From positions 248,001-312,000 of the forward strand of contig JAQGDQ010000120.1 in the NCBI GenBank assembly GCA_030141605.1: DNA of 64,000 nt, in the 5' to 3' direction. How positions within the stretch are numbered: the stretch's first letter is position 1; each line of letters opens with the position of its first letter. Shown piece by piece: positions 42,144-54,212 of this stretch. Source of the DNA: Tubiluchus corallicola. Taxonomy: Eukaryota > Animalia > Priapulida. Both the position numbers and the translations under genes were made by a program. The notes beneath the pieces were generated by a model. That model had not been told where the DNA came from. It saw only the letters and a program-made list of their open reading frames with translations, and ran no database searches.

Positions 42144-42633
42144 TTACTGGACTTTCTTCTTTTTACTGTCCCATGCGTTGAGCAATTGTTTGGCAAAGTA
42201 AAGCCCAAAGACGTGAATCTGTAAGGCAATTGCAAAAAACATGAAGCACAGGGGAATCATTGGATACCCAAAGATGATAATTCTTGACTTGTGGGTGTTC
42301 TTGTATTCCATTAAATCTGGGAATAGATAAATGGCGGCCGCTACAACTGGCACGACACCTAGTAATAACGTTCCTACCACAAAGCCCATCAACATGATAC
42401 GGTTGTTTTTTGGAAGGGCCATCCAACCAAATATGGCCGGAATGGCGCCTAGCAACCATGTGTATTCCCACAGCAACGGGTCTGGGATGTTAGCTTCCAT
42501 AGCTTCATCGATGACGAGAGGCAGGTCAATCTCAAACAAGTCCAGTATCTCTTCGAAACACTTCAGAAAGAGGAGCACCCACAAATGAAATTGAAGAAAG
42601 ATGCAAAGCTTCAACCTCCATTTATTGGTGGCA
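42144..42633 (-). CDS. JAGN1: Protein jagunal (ER membrane protein), coding exon 2
   Basis: Acceptor ctatttcAG|T GCC ACC AAT in phase 2. Four hydrophobic segments, PDPLLWEYTW (cf. jagunal PxxWEYxW), ALQIHVFGLYFAKQLLNAW, and a C-terminal dilysine motif KKKVQ*. Confidence 0.93.
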
Positions 42634-43599
42634 CTGAAATAGATGAAAATAAATTAAGAAATTAGAAGTCATACAAAACCACTGAAATGTGAGTTTAGCT
42701 GACGACTGTAGGCCGATCATAACCATTTTGTAATGTAGTTACGTAACCCGGTGACCCGACCGTGTCGGCTTTGTCATGATACAAAATTGTGGCGTAAAAC
42801 TATGGTTGACGTAGACTAGCTTTTTGTACAATTCTTAGCGCCAATGGGGATGAAATGTGTAGATGTGTGACCCGAGTGTAAAACGTGTCAAAAAACTGAC
42901 CTGATGACCAGCGACTACCAGTATGTCAATCACGGTTGTGCAAAGACACCCGTGCTATGTTCGTACTGATAATTCTTGTAAGGCAATTCCAAAAAAGCGA
43001 GCCACGAATTCCTAATAAAGCAGCTGAAATTTGAAACATTTGTGCGATAAACTGCAAGTGACGATGGTTAGCTATTTTTCAGCTAAGGGTGAATATATGT
43101 AGCTACAATCTAGCAATATTTGTAACAGACGTAACAGCTTTCCTTGAAAAATGACGTAAATATTTGGGCATTTCAGCAAACAAATTAAGACCAACACTTT
43201 TATAATTAATCGGCCCATCCGTCACTGTTCTTTCAATGCGTCTGGCAAGAGAAACATTCGCAATCAGTTGTGCAATTTTTGCGCCCAGAACTGAATCGTC
43301 AGTTAATAAATTTCTTTGCAAATTTATCGCATTGATGTAATTTATTGGTTTTAAGAGTATAGTAGTAGAAACATGTGTAGAAACATATCAATAAAAACAT
43401 GGTGTAACACGTTTTTAGGTTAAGATTTATTATATGAATTACTCATTTGAATGCTGTTCTTTTTTGGCCATGATAGTGTGCAAAAAAGACGCGAGAAACT
43501 AAGTGGTGATAACATCAAGCTGGAAATTATTAATAATGAGAATTAATGCTGATCTGAGAAAAAGTTTAAAATACATCACGGTTACTATAACATCAATGG

Positions 43600-43957
43600 A
43601 GAATAATTACTTCACTTTGGATAATCATGGTATTAGAGGTCACCGACTCAAGTTCTCTAAACCGCGGCACTTCATTTGGCGGCATGGAGAAATTTCGAGA
43701 TTTCCTTTTACGAAAAATATTATTTTATTTTTTTCATCATTTAGCCAGTGCCCGAAAAATTCGGTGATTGCTCGAAAAAATGTGTTGCCCGAATCCGGGG
43801 TTGGGGGCAGCAACCACCTCCACAGCTCCTCGGTTCATACGCCTATGCGCGTGCTCATACAGATATAAAAAAACTTCTTCACACACACAGTGTGATATCA
43901 TCCTGGAACAACCTTAATGAAGGTATTATTAGTGCTACCAACATGGATATTTCTTAA
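43600..43957 (+). mobile_element. CR1-type LINE 3' fragment interrupted by a ~190-bp insertion
   Basis: YFTLDNHGIRGHRLKFSKP ... RAHTDIKK..HSVISSWNNL..IISA matches the CR1 ORF2 tail (TRGHxLKLxKPRxxxxIRKxFFSxRVVxxWNxLP). The insertion ends ggttcatacgcctatg. Confidence 0.75.
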
Positions 43958-46900
43958 AAGCTATTTCAAGCTGAGTCACCAATGGTGAGCAGGAACATTT
44001 TCAAGTATCAAGTATGTAGTACAACGATAAATAATTAAAACATTGTTTGCTTCCTAGTTACGTTTCGGGTAAACACAGTTTAATACTTTAATTCAAATAG
44101 TATATTACGTTGAATTATTTGATTTTAGTAAAATTATAAATCCCATAAGAAAAAGGTTTTATTAATTTTTACCCTGCTACTTCGACTTGGCAGCGAAAGT
44201 TTTTGCATGCACCTATGAATAATTCAATTTAGAAATAATACAAAAGCGGAAAAGTGTGAGTGGATGACACTATTTAACTATGAGAACTAACGCGTTTAAA
44301 TTAAATTTACAAATAAATAAAAATAACTAAGAACAACAATAAGAACGAAATCATAAATTTAAATTTGACATAGAACACCTACAAACTTTCAGCCGTTGAT
44401 AAATAAGTGTCAATTTTTGCATGAAACTTGTCCATCTCATGTCGATTGTACGATGAAACCACACCATTCCCATCTCTGCTGTTCATCCTCATTCTTCTTT
44501 TAGTACGTTTGTAAGATTGATCTTACAAAACTGCAAACTGTCCACTACACTTCTAAATCCATTCCACAACTAAATGCACTCAAAAGTTACGAACACGCAA
44601 CATAAATTATATGACTTCACACAGATCCTTAAACATCACACTGTAAATTGCGTTTGTATCGTTTTGTGTAATGCTTACAAAAAGTATTAACGATGAGAAA
44701 ACTGCGCTTGATAAATGATTACAAGTAGCTCAGCTGAGCGGGTGAAACCATTTAAACTGGACCGCTGCTGTCCTCGGTTTCTCTGGCTGGCTTCACGTAC
44801 ACCACCGGAGATTCTCTTTAATCTCGCCAATCAGACAGGAATATGTACACAGCCCATCAGACCTGTTTGGTAAATAATGAAAGCTGCAACCACAGCAGGG
44901 GCAAGAAGCTGCAGCCCCTAAAAGAATTTTAAAAATGGCGCCCTAGAACATACCATAGTATTGCAATGTGGCCAATTGGGAGCTGCTCCCAGAAAGTTTA
45001 GTTTTGCTGATTTCGTAAGTTCAGTAAGTGCTGGATAAGCTTGGATTCTTAAGAATGTAAGCACATCTTGAGGTGCAACCTTTTGCTAAAATCGTTAGAT
45101 ATAATTGCACCAGACAAGTAATACTAGTCCTACTCCTTTGCGAAATAGTGTAGCTAAGAGTTGTTAGTTTTTTTTTTCGTTAAGGAAAAGAGTGTGGTCA
45201 CACCAACTAATTGGTATGATCTGATATTTATTTTTACACTCTCTGTGTGGTCTTACGAACGTCACGAATAGTGTGTTTACACGACGTTAAGTAAGCGTAT
45301 ATAGGATAAAACTAGACCTGCAAGTATGGCCCTGAAGCTATTCTTGGATTTAGACCTATTTAAAAAATGTAAATACACAGAATTAACAAGCGCGATCTTA
45401 TCTCTTAAAGGACCCATTCGCACTTGATAACTGGGAAATGGAAATCTCACAATTTTCCTCCTTCTGGCTGGGCTGGACTTTTTAAATGGGGCTAGGAATA
45501 CGAACTACAAATAAACACGGAGCCGAGAGAAGTAAAACTGTGTGAAAAGATGTATACCATGCAGCCTGCCTGGGTTCTGAAACAGAACCTAACAAGAATT
45601 TAACAAACTTTTAAAACAATGATAATTTCATAAAAAAAGCGGAAAATAGCTAAAGTATAATTCCTATAGCAAGACCCGTAAGTAAAAAAAATTAAAAAAG
45701 TGGCTTCAAGTTCGTGTAACACTGCAACATTCGAAGACTGTGTGATGGTTTTGGTTCTGAAATGACCAATTCCGAAAAAGTAGCTACAGATTAAGCAACA
45801 CACACACATCTCCTCACCATTTTACTCTTTGACTGATAATCTATAACTCTTGTCCTCAAGAAAGAACTGGTAGCCGTTCATTAACCCATTGAGGGTGATT
45901 TTGTCTTGTCATAAACTAAACCTCGTTTTAAAATGAAATTCCAGATAAAGTATTCTAATTGCATTCTATTTCTTAACAAATTGATGTTCTTTTAAACACA
46001 GGGCAACTACTATACTACTGCCCAATGTCCTCATTTTTAAAACATGTATGCTTTTACCTGTACCAATACCTTTTACCCCCTTCCACCCCCAACCTTGAAA
46101 CCAGTAAAACAACATCGTGGTATCCAGCTGCAGCAAATTTTAAAGCCACCAGATTGACAGTGACGACAGTTGAAGCAGCAGATCTCATGACCTTGCTGAA
46201 GAAAAACAGGACAGGGAGTTTAGTAAATATTTACTTTCTTGAGAAATGCAACAGGTTCATCTGTCAAATGGAGATCAAACGAACCTATATTGGTACCAAA
46301 CGACACCAACGGATCATTTTATGACATTTAACTAAAAGCAAAAAGGAGCCTGCAAGCCTCCCAATCAATCTTCATGCAATAAAAAGTACGCAAAAACATT
46401 ATAACAATTTAGAAGATATCTACATAACAAATAGTTATTACTTATAATTAGAACTTAACGATGCAATTTGACCAACAACAAATTACCAAGGTAAATCAGC
46501 TGATTGGTAACCAGTCAGTCAGTCAGTTGCTGTAAAGTGTTGAGCCGATCACCATCCTATTTTACTGTCGAAAGCATCTTGGAATTCAAAACAGAGATGC
46601 TACCTTGAGCCATCTTATGCAAGGAGAAGGTTTTGGTATCACAAAAGTGTAGATCAGCACTATGATTTTGGCACTTTTGCCATTTTAACTACCGGCCACA
46701 CATTTCGCATTGCTAGTCGAATATGTGGCCATTGGTTTTTGGCGGCGAGGTTGCCAGAAACCAGACAAGGGCATAATAAACACCACATGTACTAATCTCC
46801 CCATTATAAACAAGCGTCCACATAGTAACCGTAGCTTAATTACACGCTAACAAGGTGGTAAACACCCAGAATTTATTTCAACGGACAGAAGCCATATTTT

Positions 46901-48679
46901 GACACAGAAAAGAAACGATACAAAATTTAGATAATGTGAACACCAACACAAAACAGCGCATTCAACAAAGTCAAATTTCAGATTTTTTTCCAAAAAGGTG
47001 TTAAAAGTAATATAATGCAACATAAAAAGGAATACAATTCTCAAAGGAAGACTTAAGACAGGCAAAAATGAATTTCTGAATCTCAGAAAAACACCCATAA
47101 TTATACAAAAAAGCATAGACACAGGACGTCATCGGGTAGCAAAGCACGTAATTATTGCATTGACATAATTCCGAATATAAATAACAAACGTTTGTTATCC
47201 CTAAAAAAACAACTACGTTTGGTCGAAACTTTTTTTAGCAAGATTTGCAGCAGTTATACGTGTTGGATATCAAGACATCCACAAAACAAGTGGATGTCTA
47301 AGATATCTTGTAGCTGGAAAACTTCAAACTGGAGCAAATGCTAAAGGTGTTCCTGTTTGGATGAATGGCTTGATTCCATGTGCAAATACATTTTTCCCAA
47401 CTGCTAATAAACCAATTTACAAATGTTACTATAAAATACTGAATACCAATACTGAACACAGCAACGAGAATCAACTAAACTAGAGTACATTAGGCAGCTG
47501 GCACACAGTGTTGTCTTTTACACATTTAAAAATCAAACGCAAGTGACGGCCCATTGTTCATCCTTAATTCACATTATCAAAAAGTCATAGAAAGTTTATA
47601 GATATCACAACTAATAGTAACATAAAGCAGTCATTAACTGTGTCTGCCAAGCTATGTCAGAACTTAACATAAAAGAATAACTAGACCAATCACGATATGA
47701 CAATGTTGTTTAGTTTACCCACGTAGGCTTTACAAGCTAATGTTATTCTAAATAATCAAACACACACACACAACAGGTTGGCTTTTTATATAATGCAGGG
47801 TCTGACATTGGTGCAGTTGTTAATATCATGTCAATAAAAACATACTGCTTATTGGCGTTCTTATTTAACCATTATACCACGCCAGAATCCCTGGCACAGA
47901 ATATCACATTTAAAACTAAGACATAGCTAAGCTAAGGCCATATGCCACATGTTCTACTCTGTGTGCAGTCCGTGTCTTTGGTAACACATAGAACTTCATT
48001 AAAGAAGTCAATTACTCGACAGTGGCTGAAAGCGGGTTTGTTGATATTGATAATAACGACCATGCAGTGGTTTCCTGAGCATGAAGTTTTTCTAATTAAG
48101 AAACCAGAAAATGGTGTGACCGGGGTCCCCACAGTTAGCATCGTTTAGCTTAAACTTGTGGTTTACTTTGATATCGTGTAGCGTTCTTGTAGGAAGCTGT
48201 GTGAGCAAGCAAAGTGCATTCGAATCAAGTGAAAGCAACGTACAAAACCCATGTACTACGTTAACTACACATGGGCATCGCTTATACAGAAAAGATTCCT
48301 AGTTTACCAGTTGGTGTTGCTCCGCGGATGTTAATGACACACTGGTCGTTGTTCGCTTGGACTATTACAGTGTCCTACAAAGGTACGCTGGTGTCTTATC
48401 TCAAACTCAGAATATTACATCTATTTGAACACCTAGATGGACAGCGGCAGAACGATTTCATCAAAACCCGTCAGACACAGTACAAAAAATGCTACTGGAC
48501 AACATGAGGAAGAACGATATTTGATGTTACTGTAGCAATTGTACACGAAGGTTAGAGTATGAAAAAATGAGACAAACAGAAGCATTGATTCTGACAGCGA
48601 CATACGTTTACTTTAGCAAGCCTATAATTATCCATGCGACATTCAAAAATTTTAAAAAAGTGGACCACAAATTAGTGCT

Positions 48680-48935
48680 GGATCATAGAGGCTCTAAAAT
48701 TTAGCCCCGTGATCTGCTTAATGCACTATATTGGACTGTAATATTGTTCCGCTGATAATTCATTGTTGCAGTCAATAAATTACGACTACTATACAGTCAA
48801 TCCTCGAACCATTGAAGAGCTGAAGCATAAAATAACAAGTGTCACTCGAAGCATCCAATCTGATGAACTCGAGCGTGTTTTTTGAAGGCTCCTACGCGTC
48901 TGCAAGTTAACGGTAAACACTTCAAGCAACTATAG
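48680..48935 (+). mobile_element. Tc1/mariner transposase C-terminal remnant
   Basis: Translation VNPRTIEELKHKITSVTRSIQSDELERVF...GKHFKQL* resembles the Tc1/mariner tail PxTIEELKxxIxxxxxxIxxxxLxRV...GxHFExL. Confidence 0.7.
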
Positions 48936-51696
48936 TATAATCTGCTAAAACTAATGACGTAACATTCATCTTTGAGATAGAATCAATATATTTAAACATA
49001 TATCAGCGTATTTCGACTGCACTGTTTCTTCCCGTTTGAAACTCTTCAAAATTTAGTTTTCTTGTGCTCTTCCAGAAAATTACGGTAATCAATAATTTTA
49101 AATGTTTTAAAGAAATTTTTGTGCTTGGTAAGGGATTATTTTTGCTTAGGTGGATATGAATATAAAAAGTGGATGACGAAAAGAAAGTTGGGTCTTCTGC
49201 TCCACGCTTTTCGTCATAATTGTGAAAATCATGCCGATTAACTTTAATAAAATTAAATGAGAAAGAGAATTTACACGCAATTCTTCTTCCTTCTACACTT
49301 GGCACTGTAACTTACCCAAATTACTCTGACCAACTCTTTACAGTTTCTGAATTGTAACAAACTGTTTAGTTTTGATTGAACCATCCAAGCAAGCTTACCT
49401 AATAAAGTTTGTCTTCACCCGAACTTGCCTACAAGTTACTTATTCATATAAGTAAATAAATATAATATGTATACATTATTTAAACCCAGCAATTGCAGTA
49501 CCAACAGTAGGCAGCCCCGTCCCAGTTTTGTTCCCCCATTCTTTTGTAGTTGGACTTCAAAAGTGCATTACCGATCGTGAATTACCAAAGTTAGTTACTA
49601 CAATACTGTTATTAGCTATAATAGCAATATGCTGCCATCTAGTAGGCACGATCGCACTAATATGGACGCATAGACCAGCCTATAACTGACAAGCACCAAG
49701 CAATAAAACACAGTATTATAGAAGTTGTGATTCCTGACATTTTATTTTGAAACAAATCAAAATAAAGATATGCACTTCACGCAAGCTTATGCAAAGCAAG
49801 CATCAACTACAAACTATGTTTGTAATTAATTAATTAACAATGATATCTCACCTAGGCCCAACTTCGGTCATGTAATGAAATGTAGAATAATGCATGGCTG
49901 CTGCGTAATCACCGAGTCTTTAATTAAGTGTATAACATCTGTTAACTAGAGCAACTACTTCAACTGCTACAATTCTAAAACCTGCAATTTAAAGCCAGTG
50001 CATCTACAAGCGTTGGCAGCGATTGTGTTGTAGTAAACACCACACATGTAATCACTTCACCCTAGTTTATATTAACAAAGCATTTGACAGTTTTCTCCAT
50101 GTAGATTTTCTTGCTCAGCTTGACGCAACAGCCTGCCTGTGCATTGATGACTCCACAATGAATGACTGCATAACTCATAAAAAATGAAGCCACGTTCTAG
50201 AGCATCCGAAAAAAAACGAGTCAACAGCACTTAAACAAATGAAGACTCTAATGAGATAGAACACGTGCACGCTGCCTGATCGTACACCTTCGAACATCGA
50301 AATCGTCTACCGGTCTTAAGATAACTCGCTTCGGAGAGACGGGCAGAAGGGTTTCGGGCAAATTCCTTAATAAACTATACCAGTTCCATTGTTTTTGTAT
50401 AACTCACGGTACTAGTAGGATAACAATGATGCCCCATCTATTTGCCTTAAAAGACTTTCACGCACGAGGCTACATTGAGATAATTGCCCATGCGCGCTCC
50501 CTTCACTAGTTTCGCCTCCTGGCTGAAGCCAGTACGACTGTTATAGGAGCAACGTGGTTTGCAATGTAATCTGATCTAGCTGATCCGCTAGTTAAGTGCA
50601 AAGCCAAAAAACCTAGCTAACAAAAACTAACGAGGGGAAACATTGTGAAATCCGGGCTGGCTTAGACAACAAATGTGCATTCCAAGTGTGCATACTATAT
50701 GCTTTTTATCTGCTTCAATCTACACATCTGCATCTTCACTGCAATCCTCTTGATAAAAATTTACAGAATGGGAAACTACGAGAATTCTTGAATTAATAAC
50801 AATTTTTCATATACTGTTCTACTACCTGTAAGCCAAATTATACTATCCATATAAAAGAAACATAAATTATGAAACACTTGTATGCAATATAGAAAATGAA
50901 TGACTTTCTAATTAACAAGTGAAAATAAAGGAATAATCAGCATAATAAGAAATGACTGAACAAATCAATGAAGGAAAACAGAATAACAAAAAAATAATAA
51001 TTCTAAAAATAAACAATGTTGTTCATAAATGATTTTTCTACTTTTATACAGTACTCTGCAAGACAGTATTCAAGGTTTTAACGTCTCCTGACTGTGCAGG
51101 ACTGTAACCTTGTTCAGCAGCAATTTTGGTCACTAAGTACACACTGTTACCACTCAACTATTCCCCCACCTTAAAATAATTCATTCGTTTATTTATCTTT
51201 TATTTGCTTTATTCATTTACTGACTAGTTCATTCATGAGTAAATGAAAAAATAAACAAACTAATGAATAAGTGAGTAAAATGAATGAGTGAGTGACTGAA
51301 TGATCGACATAATGAACGAATAAATTGAAGAAAAAATGAATGAAAAACAGACAGATAGTGGAGCAAAGGTAATCTGCACAGTTTCTCAATCCACAGAGTA
51401 TACCTATTTCATAGTAATGCTGAACAGAAACAGAATGAAATGTTTTTAGTTAGTGCAAATGCTGTTATTTTACATATTATGGTAATTTGTCACTTTTCTG
51501 CTATTTCTTTGTATTTTGAACTATGTATATATATATATATATACATGTATATATAGTGCAGCATTTATCTCACTAACTTTTATCTTTTAGATAAATTCAT
51601 TTGGTCTAAGAAAATTTATCACCAAAACATTAATCGCAACAATCCATTAAGAAAGGATGATTAAATTTAATGAATAATCCCTAGGCATTTTCATTA

Positions 51697-52597
51697 TTAG
51701 TCCAACCCTGTCTTCCACAAGTATATAAATCTCTCACATGCTGTTAACAAAAAGTCCTCTTTAGGATGAGAAGATAGTGAATGTACAGCTTTTCCTGGAT
51801 GATCCAGCTGAAGAACTATTTTAGCTTCTACCAAATCCCACACATACACTTTTCCATCCTCCGATCCGCTCAGTACATGGGTATCTTTGTAGTTCAAACA
51901 ATTTTCAACTTTGTAGTCTTTATTCTTGTGACCCACAAATTCATTCAACATGCTCCCACTGTCTTTATCCATGAGTTTAACTGTACTGTCCAAGCAGCTA
52001 CTGAGTGCGCATTGACCATCTTTGGTGAAATTCACACATGTCACGGAACTTCCTAAATAGTCTTCAGTTAACAAGCACTTTCTGATATCATACAGCCTAA
52101 TATTACCATCATAAGAACAGGTGAGAATCTCATGATCTGATATGTCAATTGAAGAAATGCCATCCTTAGCTTCATCTAATACTTGAACTGGTTCCAATCG
52201 CCTAGATCTGCAATCCCAAGCCTTCACAGTGTTGTCTATCGCTCCAGAGAAAATCATAGTCGATTCTTCGTTATACCGGATGCAGTTTACACGACCAGCA
52301 TGTCCTCTGTAGCGTCTCGACACCTGCCCCGTTGACACGTCCCACAATATTACAGTTTTATCCAATCCACAGGAAGCTATTTGGCTGTTGTCACATGATG
52401 ATTGTGCATCAAGAACTTCATAACCATGTCCCATGTAAGTCTTCAGCAATAAGCTTCTGTGTGGATTCCACAGCTTGATAGACTTGTCGCTCCCACATGT
52501 AAGGCAATAATTCCCATCATTGTTAAATGAAACTGCTCTAACAGCACATTGATTGCAGTCCAGTTCACTAAAATTTGCAAAATTAGTGTCAGGTGCA
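51697..52597 (-). CDS. WDR83: WD repeat-containing protein 83 (MORG1), main coding exon
   Basis: The frame is open from acceptor tacttttcAG|T GCA CCT at 52597: LDCNQCAVRAVSFNNDGNYCLTCGSDKSIKLWNPHR..LLKTYMGHGYEVLDA..RGHAGRVN..AWDCRSRR.EPVQVLDEAKDGISS..TKDGQC. This matches WDR83. There is no ATG before the conserved start, so an upstream exon is needed. Confidence 0.95.
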
Positions 52598-53990
52598 CTG
52601 AAAAGTATTTAGCTACTCAGCAATATATTACTGTTACAGTTCTTTAAAAGTTCACAGAGCATGTTCTACCCAAATCTACCAGCACATAGTTACAATTAGT
52701 TTATCAAAGATTCTCAAATAAAAGCACTAACCTCATGAAACTTTTAAAGTATTACACATACTAATAAGACAAAGATATTTGATGCCAAACCTATTAAAAT
52801 CTTATCACACATACTTACAAGAAACATTAGCTTCTTATAGCTTCTAAAATAATGACAAATATTATTAATTAGCATGATGTCTATTATTAGACCTACTAAG
52901 TACTAGCTGATCAAATAAATGTTATTACATCAACTTTAGGTGCTGTTTATATCGTACTTTATTTTATATTTTACTTAGTTACTTACTTACACACTAAAAT
53001 TGTCATACTCACAATGTTAGTGCATTTCATAACAAATATTATTTGCGATACGCAATTGTACATGCATCATTCAGCAAAAACTTAAATTTTGCAAACTTTA
53101 ATAAATTTTAACAGACATTTGCGCACACGCGTAAATATTTAAACCTAAAACCCACTACAGTAACTAAATCCTGTTATTGACAAATTGTTTCCATCTGTCA
53201 CTTTCCCAAATGCACAGTTATTATAGCACCATTTCTCAGCATACTGTGCTGAGTAAATGACACAGTTCATTAGAAGTTATTTTCATATTTAAATGATAAG
53301 CACTAAACATCTTGTTATCATGATAAAGGTCATGATAACCACTGCTTTCAATAAGTGAATGATGCTAATTAGTAATGCACAATTTTATAAACTTAAATTT
53401 GATAAAATTTAATAAGCTGCAAAATATTATTTGGATTTTCAAATGTCTATTAGCTCAACTTGAAATGTATAATTTCCAAATAGAGCAGGACCAGCAGAAG
53501 CAACTGTACACCTTTGACTGATGAACAAATTTGCAATAAGGAGAGCAAATAATGAGCACAATAATATAGATTTAAATGCAAATGAAGCAATAAAATCTTA
53601 AGACCAATAAACTGTGACATTCTGTATCCATTATATTTCACAAAAGCAGGCAGGAAAGATCTGTTGGCTCACTGCAACACTGAAACTGACCCACAACTTT
53701 TGCCCTTCCTACTTATTTTGGGTGATGGCCTTTGAAGGACCGCAGAGCACCTATCATGGCTGGGGCATTTTCAACTTCCAATTCTCAATTACCATGTATC
53801 AATGGTATGTATACACACAGAAGAAAGACATTACATTTTTAAGAAATTTTTAAATTTTGCGAATGCCACACAACGTAGTAATAACTGTTTTGCACTACTA
53901 GTACAAAATATTATACTGTTCTACGACACCTGGAGATGTCACCTTTGTCAGTTTAGTAATCTCCAGAAAGTATACTCTATATCTCCTGAT

Positions 53991-54054
53991 TACAGGGACA
54001 TTATGAATTTTGAAATAGTCTCCAATCATGAATAAGCACAAAAGTAGCTGCCGA
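53991..54054. repeat. Copy 1 of a ~57-bp dispersed direct repeat
   Basis: acattatgaattttgaaatagtctccaatcatgaataagcacaaaagtagctgccga is near-identical to 54806-54862. Both copies are preceded by TACAGGG, suggesting a Tc1/mariner-type MITE end. Confidence 0.8.
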
Positions 54055-54095
54055 CTTGGTATTAACATTCTTAAAAGATGAAAAATTATCCATAC

Positions 54096-54181
54096 CTTAT
54101 TTTATAATGAGATGCTACACGTTCTCTGTGAAAAAAATCACTGCCATCTGTCCCAATAGGTCTTGCTCCACTGGAAGACAT
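54096..54181 (-). CDS. JAGN1: Protein jagunal, coding exon 1
   Basis: [28 protein letters not shown](S) is the diagnostic jagunal N-terminus (GTDGSDFxHRExVAxHY). Donor AG|GTATG in phase 2 joins 42633 to give 191 aa. Too short to appear in the ORF track. Confidence 0.93.
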
Positions 54182-54212
54182 AATTCAAATATCTATTGAA
54201 TTTATGGCTTAC

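Noticed and set aside
46076-46195. Cys-rich alternative frame QGHEICCFNCRHCQSGGFKICC... as a toxin or metallothionein-like peptide
   Set aside because: No signal-peptide exon or phase-compatible partner was identified. The cysteines can arise as a shifted frame of Ala/Val codons (GCT GCT, GTT GTT).
47930-48200. NCGDPG on the minus strand as a sushi/CCP domain start
   Set aside because: The frame stops within 8 codons and the remaining CCP consensus residues are not evident.
48715-48740. taatgcactat as a miR-277-like sequence (also ttggcac seeds near 46668 and 49299)
   Set aside because: Only seed-length similarity and no pre-miRNA hairpin seen. The first lies in a transposase remnant.
52447-52449. 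ORF-track start of WDR83 at 52449
   Set aside because: It is a TTG codon, and WDR83 homology extends in frame up to the acceptor at 52597.
54040-54054. TCGGCAG on the minus strand as a U6 snRNA 5' end
   Set aside because: Downstream sequence lacks the U6 ACAGAGA box and other conserved blocks.
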